From Botryllus schlosseri (taxonomy: Eukaryota), in NCBI GenBank assembly GCA_051294905.1, contig CM119383.1, forward strand, positions 5,456,001 through 5,520,000: DNA of 64,000 bases, written 5' to 3'. A model generated the notes under the pieces. It was not told the origin of the DNA and ran no database searches. It saw nothing but the letters and a program-made list of their open reading frames with translations. The translations under genes were made by a program, and so were the position numbers. This document shows positions 15,601 to 25,955 of the stretch, piece after piece; position 1 is the stretch's first letter; every line of letters starts with the position of its first letter.

Positions 15601-18600
15601 GCCAAATACGTTGGTGTTGGGCTTTTACGACGATTCGCCGCCGACGAATAGCTTCGATAAAATGAAAGTTTTCAAGCCGAGAACTGAGTGAGTGACAACA
15701 ATTTCAGTGTAACTCAAATGCGGAAGCCGCATATAACGATAGATAGTAGTCAGCGTTGCTACTTAAGTAGAAGTATAAGTAACGCCTTGAATTTCTACTC
15801 AACTACAAGTAAAAGTAGGAACTTTCGAGACATTTCAAAACTACTTTGAGGGAAGAAGAACATAAAAGGTCTGAAAACCAGGGTTGTAACCAAGTCACAA
15901 GGTTGCGAGTCACAAGTCAGTCTCACTTTTATAGTTTGCACTTGAGTCAAGTCGAGTCATTTTAAATTCACCACCGAGTCAAGTCAGTGAGTAGAGTAAC
16001 CAGTCCGAGTCATTTTGTTGTGACTCGAGTTCGAGTCCAAGTCAATGTGTTCACTTGTTAGTTTTGAGGTCAATACGCTGCAACCCACTTTTTCAACTCT
16101 GCTCGAGTGATATAGAATGGCTAGCATTCATAATGTAATAATTTTCCTCAGTCCCACCAATTTCTGGTCCTATTTTTCAAGTATCAGGGCTGATAGACGA
16201 AATCCCAATAACGTGGTGACTTTACTTTTCTTCAAATCTACAATGAAATGTCGGTCTTGGCCGTCCTAGTCTCGAGTCGTATGACTTGGTTCGAGTCATA
16301 TACAATGACTCGAGTACAAGTCGAGTCAATACACAAATTGACTCGAGACAAGTTGAGTTACCTAAAAATTGTGACTCGAGCCGTGGTGTCACATCGGTCG
16401 TGCCGCATAGCGGTCCATTTTGAGCTTGGGCAATATCAATTGGAATTTACTGTGATAATGTATGAAAATATTTGTATGATCCTATGTGATTTTTCGACCG
16501 ATTGTTAAGTCTCAGGTTGAGATGATTGACTTGACTTCAACATCTCCTTGGGTAAAGGTTCTCTCTCTCATCCTAGGAACTCTTCCGGTCCCAAGACCCA
16601 GTCGGACGACATGACCTATCCAGGACTGCCGTCAACGGAATCCGCCAATTATTTCCCCGGCGTCGACGACAAACTCACCGCGGCCGACGTTGTCGAGAAC
16701 AAGAGCCTGGAAGCGCAAGAGTACGTCGAGATTATCGCCGACGCAATCAAACTACGGAAAAACGTGTGCCTGGGAAGAAACTTTCACAAAGTAAGCTGTT
16801 AAATTTGAATGGATGACTTTGCGGGCAGAGGTGGTCAGTAACAGAGTACTCTCATCATTACATTGCCTACTTCCACTAGTTAGTGGTTCTGATTTTTTGA
16901 CAACGTTCATTTCTGTTTAGAAGTTTTCAGTTTTTTATGCAAAACTAGGCCTAGAATACTTACATTTTCTTTACTTGGTAATTGCAGGGTTGTAACCAAG
17001 TCATAAAGCTCCGAGTCACAAGGCAATCTCACTTTTATAGTTTTGACTCGAGTCAAGTCGAGTCATTTTCAATTCACCACCGAGTCAAGTCCGAGTCGAA
17101 GTCAGCGAGCAGAGGATCGAGTCCGAGTCATGGTATTATGACTCGAGTCCAAGTCATCGTGTTGACTGCTCAGTTTCCAGTTAAAATCTTGTTAATCCCA
17201 CTTTTATAACTCTGAATGGTTCGCATTTAGAATATATTAATTTTCCTCACTTTTAAGAGTTTCTGGTCGCATTTTGAAGTACCAGTACCAATAGACGAAA
17301 TCCCAACAAGGTGGTTACTTTACTGTACTGTACTTCGAAATTACAATGAAATGTCGATCTTGACCGTCTGAGTCTCGAGTCATGCGCAATGACTCGAGTC
17401 CATGTCGAGGTGATACACAGATTGAGTCAAGTAGTGTCATTTCCGTATTTTGAGAAAATGACTCAAATCAAGTCGAGTCATCAGAAAATCGAGACTTGAG
17501 TCTTACTCGAGTCGAGTCATCACTCGAGTCATTACAACCCTGGGTAATCGCTTCTTTTGTTTGTGCAGTAGAAATTTACGTTATCACTCTCTTTACTTAC
17601 TTACTTTGTGATTGAATTTGTATTCAAGTAGAAGTTGAAGTAGTGCTGTAAATTTCTAGTCAATTGCAAATAGAAGTAGAGATTTCCAAGATGTGACAAA
17701 ACTATTTCAAGTGGAAGCGGAAAATGAAGGTCTACGAAGTAATTGAGTAAGTGATTTCATAAAGAAGATTTGGTCAAGGGGTTGCACGCAGTTGATCAAA
17801 GGTGGCGGCTCTGCGAAATCAGCGCAATTTTTGAAAATACAGGCCCATTCAGTTACGGTGCTGGCTATATCGCAAGGTTATAATGACTCGAGTCATGACT
17901 CGACTCGGGATTTTTGGCAGGGTTGTAATCATGTCACAAGGCTCAAGTCACAAGTCAATCTCGCTTTTATAGTTTTGACTCGAGTCAAGTCGAGTCATTT
18001 TCAACTCGCCACCGAGTCAACGGGCAGAAAGTCGCGTCCGACTCGTGGTATTATGACTCGAGTTCGAGTCCAAGTCATCGTGTTGAGTGCTCAGTTTCCA
18101 GTTAAAGTCTTTTTATAACTATGCTTGGTGATATCGAATGGCTCGCATTTATAATATACTGATTTTCCTCACTTTTAGCAGTTTCTGGCCGCTTATTCAA
18201 GTACCAGTATCAATAGACAAAATCCCAATAGTGTGGTTACTTTACTATTCTTCGAAATTACAATGTAATGTCGGTCTTGGCCGTCTCAAGTCATATGACT
18301 TGGTTCGAGTCATTTCCGTATTTTGATAAAATGACTCGAGTCGAGTCATCAATAAACCGTGACTCGAGTTATTACAACCCTTTTTTTGGTGACCCGACTT
18401 GACTCGAGTCATTCTCTTCAAATACAGTAAATGACACGACTGCTGAAAAACTGTCAAGTTGAAGTGAAAGTACTATAAACATAACCACACCAGTAAGTAA
18501 TTCGACTTGTCAAATCCTACTCGAGTACTTTGAAATGTACAAGTACCTCGTTACTGACCACCTGTGGTATCATGTTTGCGGTTTAATATTTCCAAATTTA

Positions 18601-21600
18601 CGACTCGCTCCCCATCTAGCGGCGTGTCAGCGCAGCCCAAGCTCGTTACGATATATCCGTTTATTTATCCTTAATTCATGATCATAAAATGAAAACTTTA
18701 CGTCTGTGTGATATAATGTGTTGTTTGTAGCTTGTTGGAGTCATTAAAAATAATGTTTAACATAGGTGTGTTTGTTGTACGGCGGTAACAGCCAGCCATA
18801 AATTGCTCCTAGCGAATCACCTTCACAAACATTCACGTTTCCTTTTATGCCTCAGTAACGCTCTGCCGTCTTTACCAGTTGGACAAAACAGACATCGTTT
18901 CGCGGCGGCAAAGCGGTGAAGCTTTTTACATTGACGTGTGGCTCGTTAACTTTCTGCATCCTATCATGCGTAAGAATCAAGCCAGACCGACGCGCGCATC
19001 TTTTCCGGAGCCAAAGTCTCCGAGTCCGTTTGACATCGGCACGATGGTGAGTAAAGTTTCTGTCGAATTCGTCTCAGTTTTAGGATGACTCGAGTGATGG
19101 CTTGACTCGAGTCGAGTTATCGACTTGGCTTGATTTGGACTCAAGATATGACAAATATGAAATGATTTCGAGACCCAGAGTCACATTTTTGAAGAATTCT
19201 TAAGGCATCAAATATTGGTTACCAGCAGTGTTGGGATCAAGTCTCTACCTTCGAGTCACGAGTCATTTCGAGTTATTGCAGATTTTGACTCGAGTCAAGT
19301 CAATCGATTTTCGAAGGTGACTCGAGTCAAGTCAAGTCACTCGATTCTTGGAGGTGACTCGAGTCAAGTCAAGTCACAATTCAAGTCAAGTTGCCTTTTC
19401 GGCGTATGAGGCATGCCTACGTCATTGCATTTTGCTAGCTGTCTGAAATACATATTGCGTGGATATTGATTCTGAACCGATGAACGAATATAGAGTCAAA
19501 TATACAAGCAAGAAGGCGCTGTATCGCTCACATATACCTAGAAATACTAAACTACGTAAGTAATTACATAGCCTCAGTTTAGTTACCAGCCAAAATAGAG
19601 ACTAGAGAAGCGAATTGATAAGATGCAATGCATTACCCATTAACAAATTGATATGACCATATTCGAGCGTGCGCCAATGGTTGAGGACTATATAAACTAT
19701 ATTCGAATTCAATTTCAATAAAACAAGAGGTTTGGTTAATGCATAAGAACAGAGAGCAGAAATATCCATTTTGCGTAAGCTGTATGCTTCGATCACTTCA
19801 TTTGTGGTCAATTTATTTGTGAGAGAACAATGGAGGTTCAGTAAAACGCACGATCATTGAATGTTTGGTCGCTTTCACGGGTAACACCAGCGTTTCGCGA
19901 ACAATCCGACCATATGCAGGAAAGAGTGATTTCATCGACATCAATTGCTTGATGACTTGAAATTGACTCGTGAATTTTGCTCCGAGTCACGAGTCAATCC
20001 GCATTTCTGACACGCCGAGTCAAGTCAAGTCATTTTAGCAAAGTGACTCGAGTCAAGTCATGACTCGAGTCATCCCAACACTGGTTACCAGTGAATTCGG
20101 CTCTTGGTCAATTCAACACTTGATGGACCCAAATCCTAACTCTGACTTTCCCCTACCGTAACCTAATCCTAATCCCTGACCTGAACACATTGATACATAC
20201 ATACCAAGTGCCGAATTCAGCAAGTTCACGCTCAAATTCAGTAAAACGTTGATTTTCGAATATAACAAACATAATATTGGTGCAATAATAATAATAGTTA
20301 TTTCGGTACATTTCCAATGCCAAATTCACCAAGTGCCGAATTCACTGTCAGCCTCTCAGCCCAAATATTTTACTTTGCAATAGCATTCTGAGCATCTCAA
20401 CCTCACTGAAAAGTGACCACGTCATCAATACTAAACTATTTTGTGTTGGATGATTTTACTAGACCCAAGTCAAAATTTACGGTGACTACGGATGACGTGT
20501 GGCTGGGGCTGGGCAAAATCGACTACCTGGTTGGTTCGATTCCAAATCGAGTACTAGACTTCGAGTCGAGCATTCGTCATAATAGTATTGATGTGGGAAG
20601 TTCAAATATGCTTTTTATATCATCACAAAGAAAATGATGCCAGTTCTTCACCACATAAAGATTTGGCATTTGCTCGAAGATGCCTCTTTCATTGCATCTT
20701 GTGATAATGCTGTGTGATATCGCTAATTCACAAAAATGTGATTAATGTGTGTAGCTGTACACTGTACATGTACATTGTACACAGCATGTTTTTGAGGCTG
20801 TGCTATGAAAAATCGCGGTTGGGGATTAAGTATTGAAACCATAATTATTGTTGATGATATAATTCCTTGAGGAAAAATGGCGTATAATCTCAGTTCTCGA
20901 AAAAATTCTCTCTCGCCACTCTACTTGAATCATCACAACTAATTCTCTACTCAGATTCAAGTAATTATACTTTATATCCCCTGTACCCTACTGATAACTC
21001 GAGGGTAGTGACTTGATCCCAAACCTGGTTGCATGTGTGTCTTCAATCTTGCTTGTATCTTTTAGTGCGGCATTCCGGAATCCATGTCGTCGCACTTTGA
21101 CATCACAAGCGTTTTCTTGATGCAAATGGGTTGCATTTTGAATATGACGCCATTTTGGAAAAAGAATAGCAAGTTGCGCATTACGCTGTGCACGGGCATC
21201 GGCGACTGCGCTATTGAAGACGAATTGAACGTAAGTGTTTCTATTGAGAAAGACGCTGTGACCTTTAGTCGTGGGATGTAGTTCTGCTAATTTTAGCATC
21301 AGCAATGTAACAAAGTACTGGAAGACCAAAATATTGATTTGTGTTGAGCAAAATTGGCTGTCTTTCTCTATTGAGTTACTACAGTAAAATATAAGTTTTG
21401 TTTCCTGTATTCCCATAGCTCGCCGTCATATGAAAGTAGACAATGTCGCTGTTTTACTTTGGGTATCTGGATCAAGAACACTCATGATTTAGTAATAGCC
21501 TGCTGTTCTAGATCAGTGGTTCTCAACCTTTTTCACCTCGCGGACCGGTAAAATTTAAAAAAATGTCTAGCGGACCGGTGAACTTTCAAAATTGAAATGA

Positions 21601-24600
21601 AGCCAAAATGGTAAGTATGCAACCGTTTTTTGCATTATATGGTGCTAGAGAGCGACATTTAGAGGATTTTGATCGTATTTAATTATATACATGATTGCAT
21701 CTATGTTAGGCTTACCATACGTCCTCTTTTAAGAGGATTTGTCCTCTTTTTTGACTTTTTTGAAAGTGTCCTCGGAGGACGCCCTTTTGTCCTCTTTTTT
21801 GAGATTTTGTCCTCTTTTTTGAAAATTTAGGTCAGATTTAGAGGAAATTGCAAGTGATATGCCGCAAATTAGCGCAGAAGTGAAGCTCCGGCGGGTATTT
21901 CGGAGGGAAAAGTGGTGATTTCAGCTCTGAGCGAAAAGAAGACCTTTTTTTTTAGTCAACCGATCATGAAGCGGGTGAAATTTACCTGTTTTTGAGAATT
22001 CTTCTCCAGTTTTGCTTGTCTGAAATTTCTGAAAAAGTGTCCTCTTTTTTCATTTCCGAAATATGGTAAGCCTAATCTATGTGCTATTATGGTAGTGAGT
22101 CCGCCGAGTCGAGGTAAAATTGCCCTGTTCAGATAAACGTTCTTCTGCCGAGAGTCATTTACAGTCTTTCGCGCCGAAGGCCGTGGATTTAACCGACCAC
22201 GCCAACTCTAATAATATTCTTCTCTTTGACAATATCGAGAGAAGAAACGTATCGGAGTCGAACCAAGCACCTTGTCAAGCTACCTTGCTCATTGTCCACT
22301 GCCACCAGATGCAGGCTACTCTGGCAACTACGAATGCAATGCTGGCCGCAAGAAAACACATTACAGCAGCTATACCGGCCATCCGCAAATCCGGGCCGAA
22401 AAAACACTTCGTCAGCCCACCCCCGAAAACATTGGTATTGGGGCCCCCACAGGTCGATAAGCCAAACTTCCGGAGGCTTCGCCCCCAGACCCTACAGTTG
22501 GGTGGATGTTTTCACCTGTACTTGTGAGCACATCGATTCTACTCAGCGCCAATAGCGAAAATTTTCGATCATTCACGGCTGAAGCGGTTTTCTCGCGGCC
22601 GAATTTTTGGCCCATCGTTCAGAGTCCCATGTTAACCTAAGCTTCATTACGTGTTGGTACGTCATGGCGCGGTAATGGCTGACACCGAAATGCGTATAAA
22701 TCATGCGTATTTCTCGGAAAAGGGCACCTAATCAGCAAGACATTTAGGGACACTAAATCGTGCAAAGCGCGAAAGGAAATTGAAAAATGTTGGAAAAAGT
22801 TTCAAATTTGATGTTTCATTTATTTGATCAATGAACAAGCCTTCGACATTGCATCTTGAAATTAATGTGTAAAATTGTAATATACCTGGCGGACCGGCAG
22901 GAATGTCGTCGCGGACCGGCGGTTGAGAACCACTGGTCTAGATATTTGTCTTGCTCTTCCTCTTCATATTTTTGGTAACTTCATGATAAAACCTATCACG
23001 ATAATTACTATTTTATCTGACTATAAGGAACAGGGTATACACATACAGCCATCAGATGATTGTGTTAGTCTAACCAACTACAATTTTGTGTAAATTTTAT
23101 TCTAACAAATATTAGACCAGAGTAACTTGCTGGATCCTCTTCGTTGCAGGACTTTTTGAACACGGTCAGAATAAAGGCGCAGATTCGCAGAGTACCGTGG
23201 GAGTATGCATCGTTAATACACCCACCAAATACATCTCCAACTGGAGGTAAAGTGATGCTTGTCAATTTCATGCTTGTGTCTTACTTTTCTTTTTGCAACA
23301 GTGGTATTTCTTAAAAACTCTTATTTAAAACAGTTTTCAGCCACTAACCTGTCTGATGGTCAGAAATAATGTTGTGGGTTAGAAGTGTTGGTTGTGTTTT
23401 TGAAATTGTATGTTTCCTATACAAAATTCATTGTGTTTTTGAAAATATGCTAGCTAGAATTCATGGTCTCAGGGGTTCATATGCAAATTATTTTAGAAAA
23501 CCAATTCAAAACCCATATTCCATCTGTCCAGTGGACTCTTTACAATTTAATTTATGAACTCAAACTGTCCTGACTGGTATACTGGTAAGTCAACTAGTCC
23601 AGGATATGTCTAGTTTATCTGATCAATGGCATCTCTTGACAGTTTTGGTAAGTGAAATATTGTTAGAATGAAGTTTTTGCATCTGTTGTTGCTAGCAATG
23701 AACTAAGCCAACGCTGATCCTTGCAATATTGTGTGTTTCAGCAACAGAAAATGACTTTGACGATATTATTATACCAAGGATAAATTCAAGTAGGGTCATT
23801 GTTTCTTCAAATCTCCATTATAATTCATACATTGTATTTCATGTACCAATAATTGTTTCAATGCACGAAATTAAGTGGAATCATTTGTTCAAGTATTAGC
23901 ATATTTATTAATCTGTTTTTCCATATTTACAATTTCTTTTTGAAACAAGGTTTCGAATACCAAGGAACCTCATCAGAACCAAACTTTTTCGAGGCACCCC
24001 GAGACTTACATTCCAAGCATATCCCGAGCGTTGGGGAAGATGATAACAGTATTAATCAGTATTTAGCGGTGAGTATTGTTCCAGATTTTATTGCAGCGAT
24101 TTATATGCCTGATGTAGAACAAGAAGTATTCAGTAGACATGCAACATGAGGCAATGATTAGTACAGCAGCTAGTTGCTTGTACTAATTCCCAGTATTTAA
24201 GTAGAGTACGTAATCTCTACTTACCCAGCCGTTTGCTTTTTGGCTACTCACACTTCAATGGTTTCTGTAGCTTAAAGAAGCACTGCGCTCTAAAAATGAT
24301 GTAGTCTCAAATTAAAGGGCAAAACAAAACAAAAACTTTGGCCGCAGCCATTTTCTTCAGAACGCCACCGTAATGGACCTGCAATTTATTGAAATTTCCA
24401 CAGAACCATCACGCTCGAGCAGTCATGCAGAGATAGAACTTTACATAGTTGTCAGCCGATGTTATGAAGGAAATATGTCGTACACGCCAAGGTGGTTTAG
24501 ATACCGCGTTCAACGGAAGATGTTCAGTCAGGAAATTTATGTCAAAAATGGGCCTAGTATATTCTATTTTCTTCAAGACAGAAATAGATCATCCCCTATT

Positions 24601-25418
24601 CTTATTTATAAAACATTGTTTATGTATAAAACATTGTTAGACATCATCTAAACAAATAGAATACAGCCTATTTTGACATAAATCTCCTGACTGAACATCT
24701 TCGGTTGAACGTGGTATCTAAACCACCTCGGTGTGAACGACATATTTCCTTCATAACATCGACTGACAACTATATAAAGTTCGATCTCTGCGTGACTGCT
24801 GGAGCGTGATGATCCTGTGGAAATTTCAAAAAATTGCAGCTCCATTACGGTGGTGTTCTGAAGAAAATGGCTGCGGCCAAAGTTTTTTTTCGTTTTGCCC
24901 TTCAATTTGAGATCGCATCATTTTTAGAGCGCAGTGCCCCTTTAAGTATTAGCTTTCTGCATTTCGATTTTGTTAATGATGGTAATAGATACCTTTACTC
25001 GCTGGGCACAACGTATTGAGTCGAATTGAGTGGATAATCAACAGTGTTGACTTTAGCCAATTTTTTCGAGTAACAAAAATATAGGCCTCCGCATCAAAAT
25101 TTATTATTTATCAGTGAAAATTATAGTTTCAGTGCTATATTGCCACTGTTAGAGTCTACAAACCTCGTCTAGTCATAGTTTTACACCAAAATAATGTTGC
25201 ACATGGCTACTAATTTTCACGACTCTTTATAGGATGCCAACAACTTAATAAAAGCCAATACCGACAACACTGCCGTTACGTTTCTTTATCTACCGGCGCC
25301 ACCGACGGAACAATCGTCGTACCACGAGTATCTAAGGATGCTGACTGCAATATCGCAGGACTTGGGCCCGACTTTTTTCATCCACGGACTGTCTCACGTC
25401 GTTTCAACTACTTTGTAG
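3505..25418 (+). CDS. SLC12A9: SLC12A9-like cation-chloride cotransporter (CIP1/CCC6), spliced gene, about 992 aa
   Basis: join(3505-3600,4788-5046,5870-6017,6206-6364,6637-6758,7355-7462,8460-8571,9125-9282,9349-9556,10910-11102,13842-13977,15405-15687,16577-16790,18879-19046,21066-21230,23150-23246,23742-23789,23950-24068,25233-25418) = 2979 nt, all GT-AG with consistent phases. Motifs [119 protein letters not shown] and C-terminal FLYLPAPP...[18 protein letters not shown] match the SLC12A9 subfamily. Exons 1, 17 and 18 are the least certain. Confidence 0.92.
4788..5046 (+). CDS. SLC12A9: SLC12A9-like exon 2 (TM1-TM2)
   Basis: [34 protein letters not shown]...[11 protein letters not shown]; donor GTATCCTTT. 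Confidence 0.93.
5047..5869 (+). other. U12-type (minor spliceosome) GT-AG intron
   Basis: 5' site GTATCCTTTC; branch site TTCCTTGAC at 5846-5854, 15 nt before the AG. Confidence 0.88.
5870..6017 (+). CDS. SLC12A9: SLC12A9-like exon 3
   Basis: [24 protein letters not shown]; acceptor TTTGCAG, donor GTAAGG. Confidence 0.92.
6206..6364 (+). CDS. SLC12A9: SLC12A9-like exon 4
   Basis: [40 protein letters not shown]; donor GTAAGA. Confidence 0.88.
6637..6758 (+). CDS. SLC12A9: SLC12A9-like exon 5 (glycosylated loop)
   Basis: FFVKKPFQ...[20 protein letters not shown] with N-glycosylation sequons; phases fit. Confidence 0.85.
7355..7462 (+). CDS. SLC12A9: SLC12A9-like exon 6 (TM6)
   Basis: NYTIDY...[23 protein letters not shown]. 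Confidence 0.92.
8460..8571 (+). CDS. SLC12A9: SLC12A9-like exon 7
   Basis: [20 protein letters not shown]; donor GTAAGT. Confidence 0.92.
9125..9282 (+). CDS. SLC12A9: SLC12A9-like exon 8
   Basis: [39 protein letters not shown]. Confidence 0.92.
9349..9556 (+). CDS. SLC12A9: SLC12A9-like exon 9
   Basis: GNPYVSV...[32 protein letters not shown]; donor GTGAGT. Confidence 0.93.
10910..11102 (+). CDS. SLC12A9: SLC12A9-like exon 10
   Basis: [14 protein letters not shown]...[14 protein letters not shown]. Confidence 0.93.
11135..11300 (+). mobile_element. tRNA-derived SINE-like element
   Basis: A box TAGCGTAATGG (11142), B box GGTTCAAACC (11186), imperfect cloverleaf; a second related head at 26707-26762. 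3' end not defined. Confidence 0.65.
11830..13306. mobile_element. Non-autonomous/decayed hAT element
   Basis: TIR CAGTGGCGTAG / CTACGCCCCTG, 8-bp TSD GTCCCGAT; only faint transposase-like traces inside. Confidence 0.8.
13842..13977 (+). CDS. SLC12A9: SLC12A9-like exon 11
   Basis: [30 protein letters not shown]. Confidence 0.93.
14571..14917. mobile_element. hAT MITE (CAGGGTTGTAA family)
   Basis: TIR CAGGGTTGTAA / TTACAACCCTG, TSD GTCCATTC, GACTCGAGTC motifs. Confidence 0.85.
15405..15687 (+). CDS. SLC12A9: SLC12A9-like exon 12
   Basis: LYVLGHV...[40 protein letters not shown]. Confidence 0.93.
15879..16385 (+). mobile_element. CAGGGTTGTAA-family MITE, right end degenerate
   Basis: Left TIR present and body similar to 16985-17542; no right TIR or TSD found. 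Confidence 0.6.
16577..16790 (+). CDS. SLC12A9: SLC12A9-like exon 13
   Basis: [24 protein letters not shown]; donor GTAAGC. Confidence 0.88.
16985..17542. mobile_element. hAT MITE (CAGGGTTGTAA family)
   Basis: TIRs as above; TSD GGTAATTG / GGTAATCG. Confidence 0.85.
17918..18382. mobile_element. hAT MITE (CAGGGTTGTAA family), apparently nested in a related copy starting ~17873
   Basis: TIRs present; flanks ATTTTTGG / TTTTTGG; GACTCGAGTC-rich sequence continues on both sides. Confidence 0.7.
18879..19046 (+). CDS. SLC12A9: SLC12A9-like exon 14
   Basis: LDKTDIV...[12 protein letters not shown]; donor GTGAGT. Confidence 0.87.
19226..20083. mobile_element. hAT MITE (CAGTGTTGGG family), uninterrupted 858-bp copy
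   Basis: TIR CAGTGTTGGGAT / ATCCCAACACTG, TSD GTTACCAG; inverse-oriented homolog of the interrupted copy at 48538-55688. Confidence 0.88.
21066..21230 (+). CDS. SLC12A9: SLC12A9-like exon 15
   Basis: [32 protein letters not shown]; donor GTAAGT. Confidence 0.88.
21514..22935. mobile_element. Charlie-like hAT MITE
   Basis: TIR CAGTGGTTCTCAACC / GGTTGAGAACCACTG; TSD TTCTAGAT / GTCTAGAT (NTCTAGAN, typical of Charlie); subterminal GCGGACCGG. Confidence 0.85.
21707..22074. mobile_element. hAT MITE (TAGGCTTACCATA family) nested in 21514-22935
   Basis: TIR TAGGCTTACCATA / TATGGTAAGCCTA, TSD ATCTATGT, TGTCCTCTTTTT repeats. Confidence 0.88.
23150..23246 (+). CDS. SLC12A9: SLC12A9-like exon 16
   Basis: [18 protein letters not shown] corresponds to the LRI.A.V..V.W motif. 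Confidence 0.82.
23742..24068 (+). CDS. SLC12A9: SLC12A9-like exons 17 (23742-23789) and 18 (23950-24068)
   Basis: Phase-compatible GT-AG exons bridging exon 16 to the last exon; poorly conserved linker ending NQYLA. Confidence 0.6.
24276..24941. mobile_element. Long-hairpin MITE with TTAA TSD (Kolobok-like termini)
   Basis: ~290-bp inverted arms (24276-~24570 vs ~24650-24941), flanked by TTAA on both sides, termini AG...CT. Confidence 0.75.
25233..25418 (+). CDS. SLC12A9: SLC12A9-like last coding exon
   Basis: [24 protein letters not shown]...[18 protein letters not shown]. Confidence 0.92.
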   Translation, partial: DANNLIKANTDNTAVTFLYLPAPPTEQSSYHEYLRMLTAISQDLGPTFFIHGLSHVVSTTL

Positions 25419-25955
25419 TTTAAATGCGCGTCTTTTGAGTATGGTAATAGACATCATTCTCGAGTCTGTTATTCCTCGATTCTGTCGATACTTCGTTTTA
25501 CCCGTGGCTCCCGTTGCATTTGTTTTATGCGTGCATTGCGGGGTGTTTTGACTGTGTGAAGTTTTAACGTAACAACTGAAGTTTCCAGATTTTAATTCTT
25601 TTAGGGTTTGCAATAGTGTATATGCTTTTAAAGTCTGCGTTTTATTCTCTTGACTTGGTTCTGAGACGATGCGATTGTAATATTGCTTTACGTTTGTCAT
25701 ATTTTTTTCGTTAGGAAATTTTATATGCAATATTACTGTATGGAAGTGTCAGTAAAGGTTCTTGCGTATCTCACCCATAGTATTGTACTCGATTTGTGTG
25801 GAATTGATCAGGCGAGACTGTTCCATTATTTTATTATTGCCCGCATTTTGATTCATAATACAATATTATGTGTGGTTGGCTTGCGCTGGTGTATTGAGCT
25901 CGCAACAGAAGTTGATAGACTGTAAATTGGTGCTAGACTAACTGTTGTACTACAG

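Noticed and set aside
16826-18566. CAGAGGTGGT-family element spanning two MITEs
   Set aside because: Both ends look like TIRs but the flanks give no matching TSD, so the pairing is unproven.
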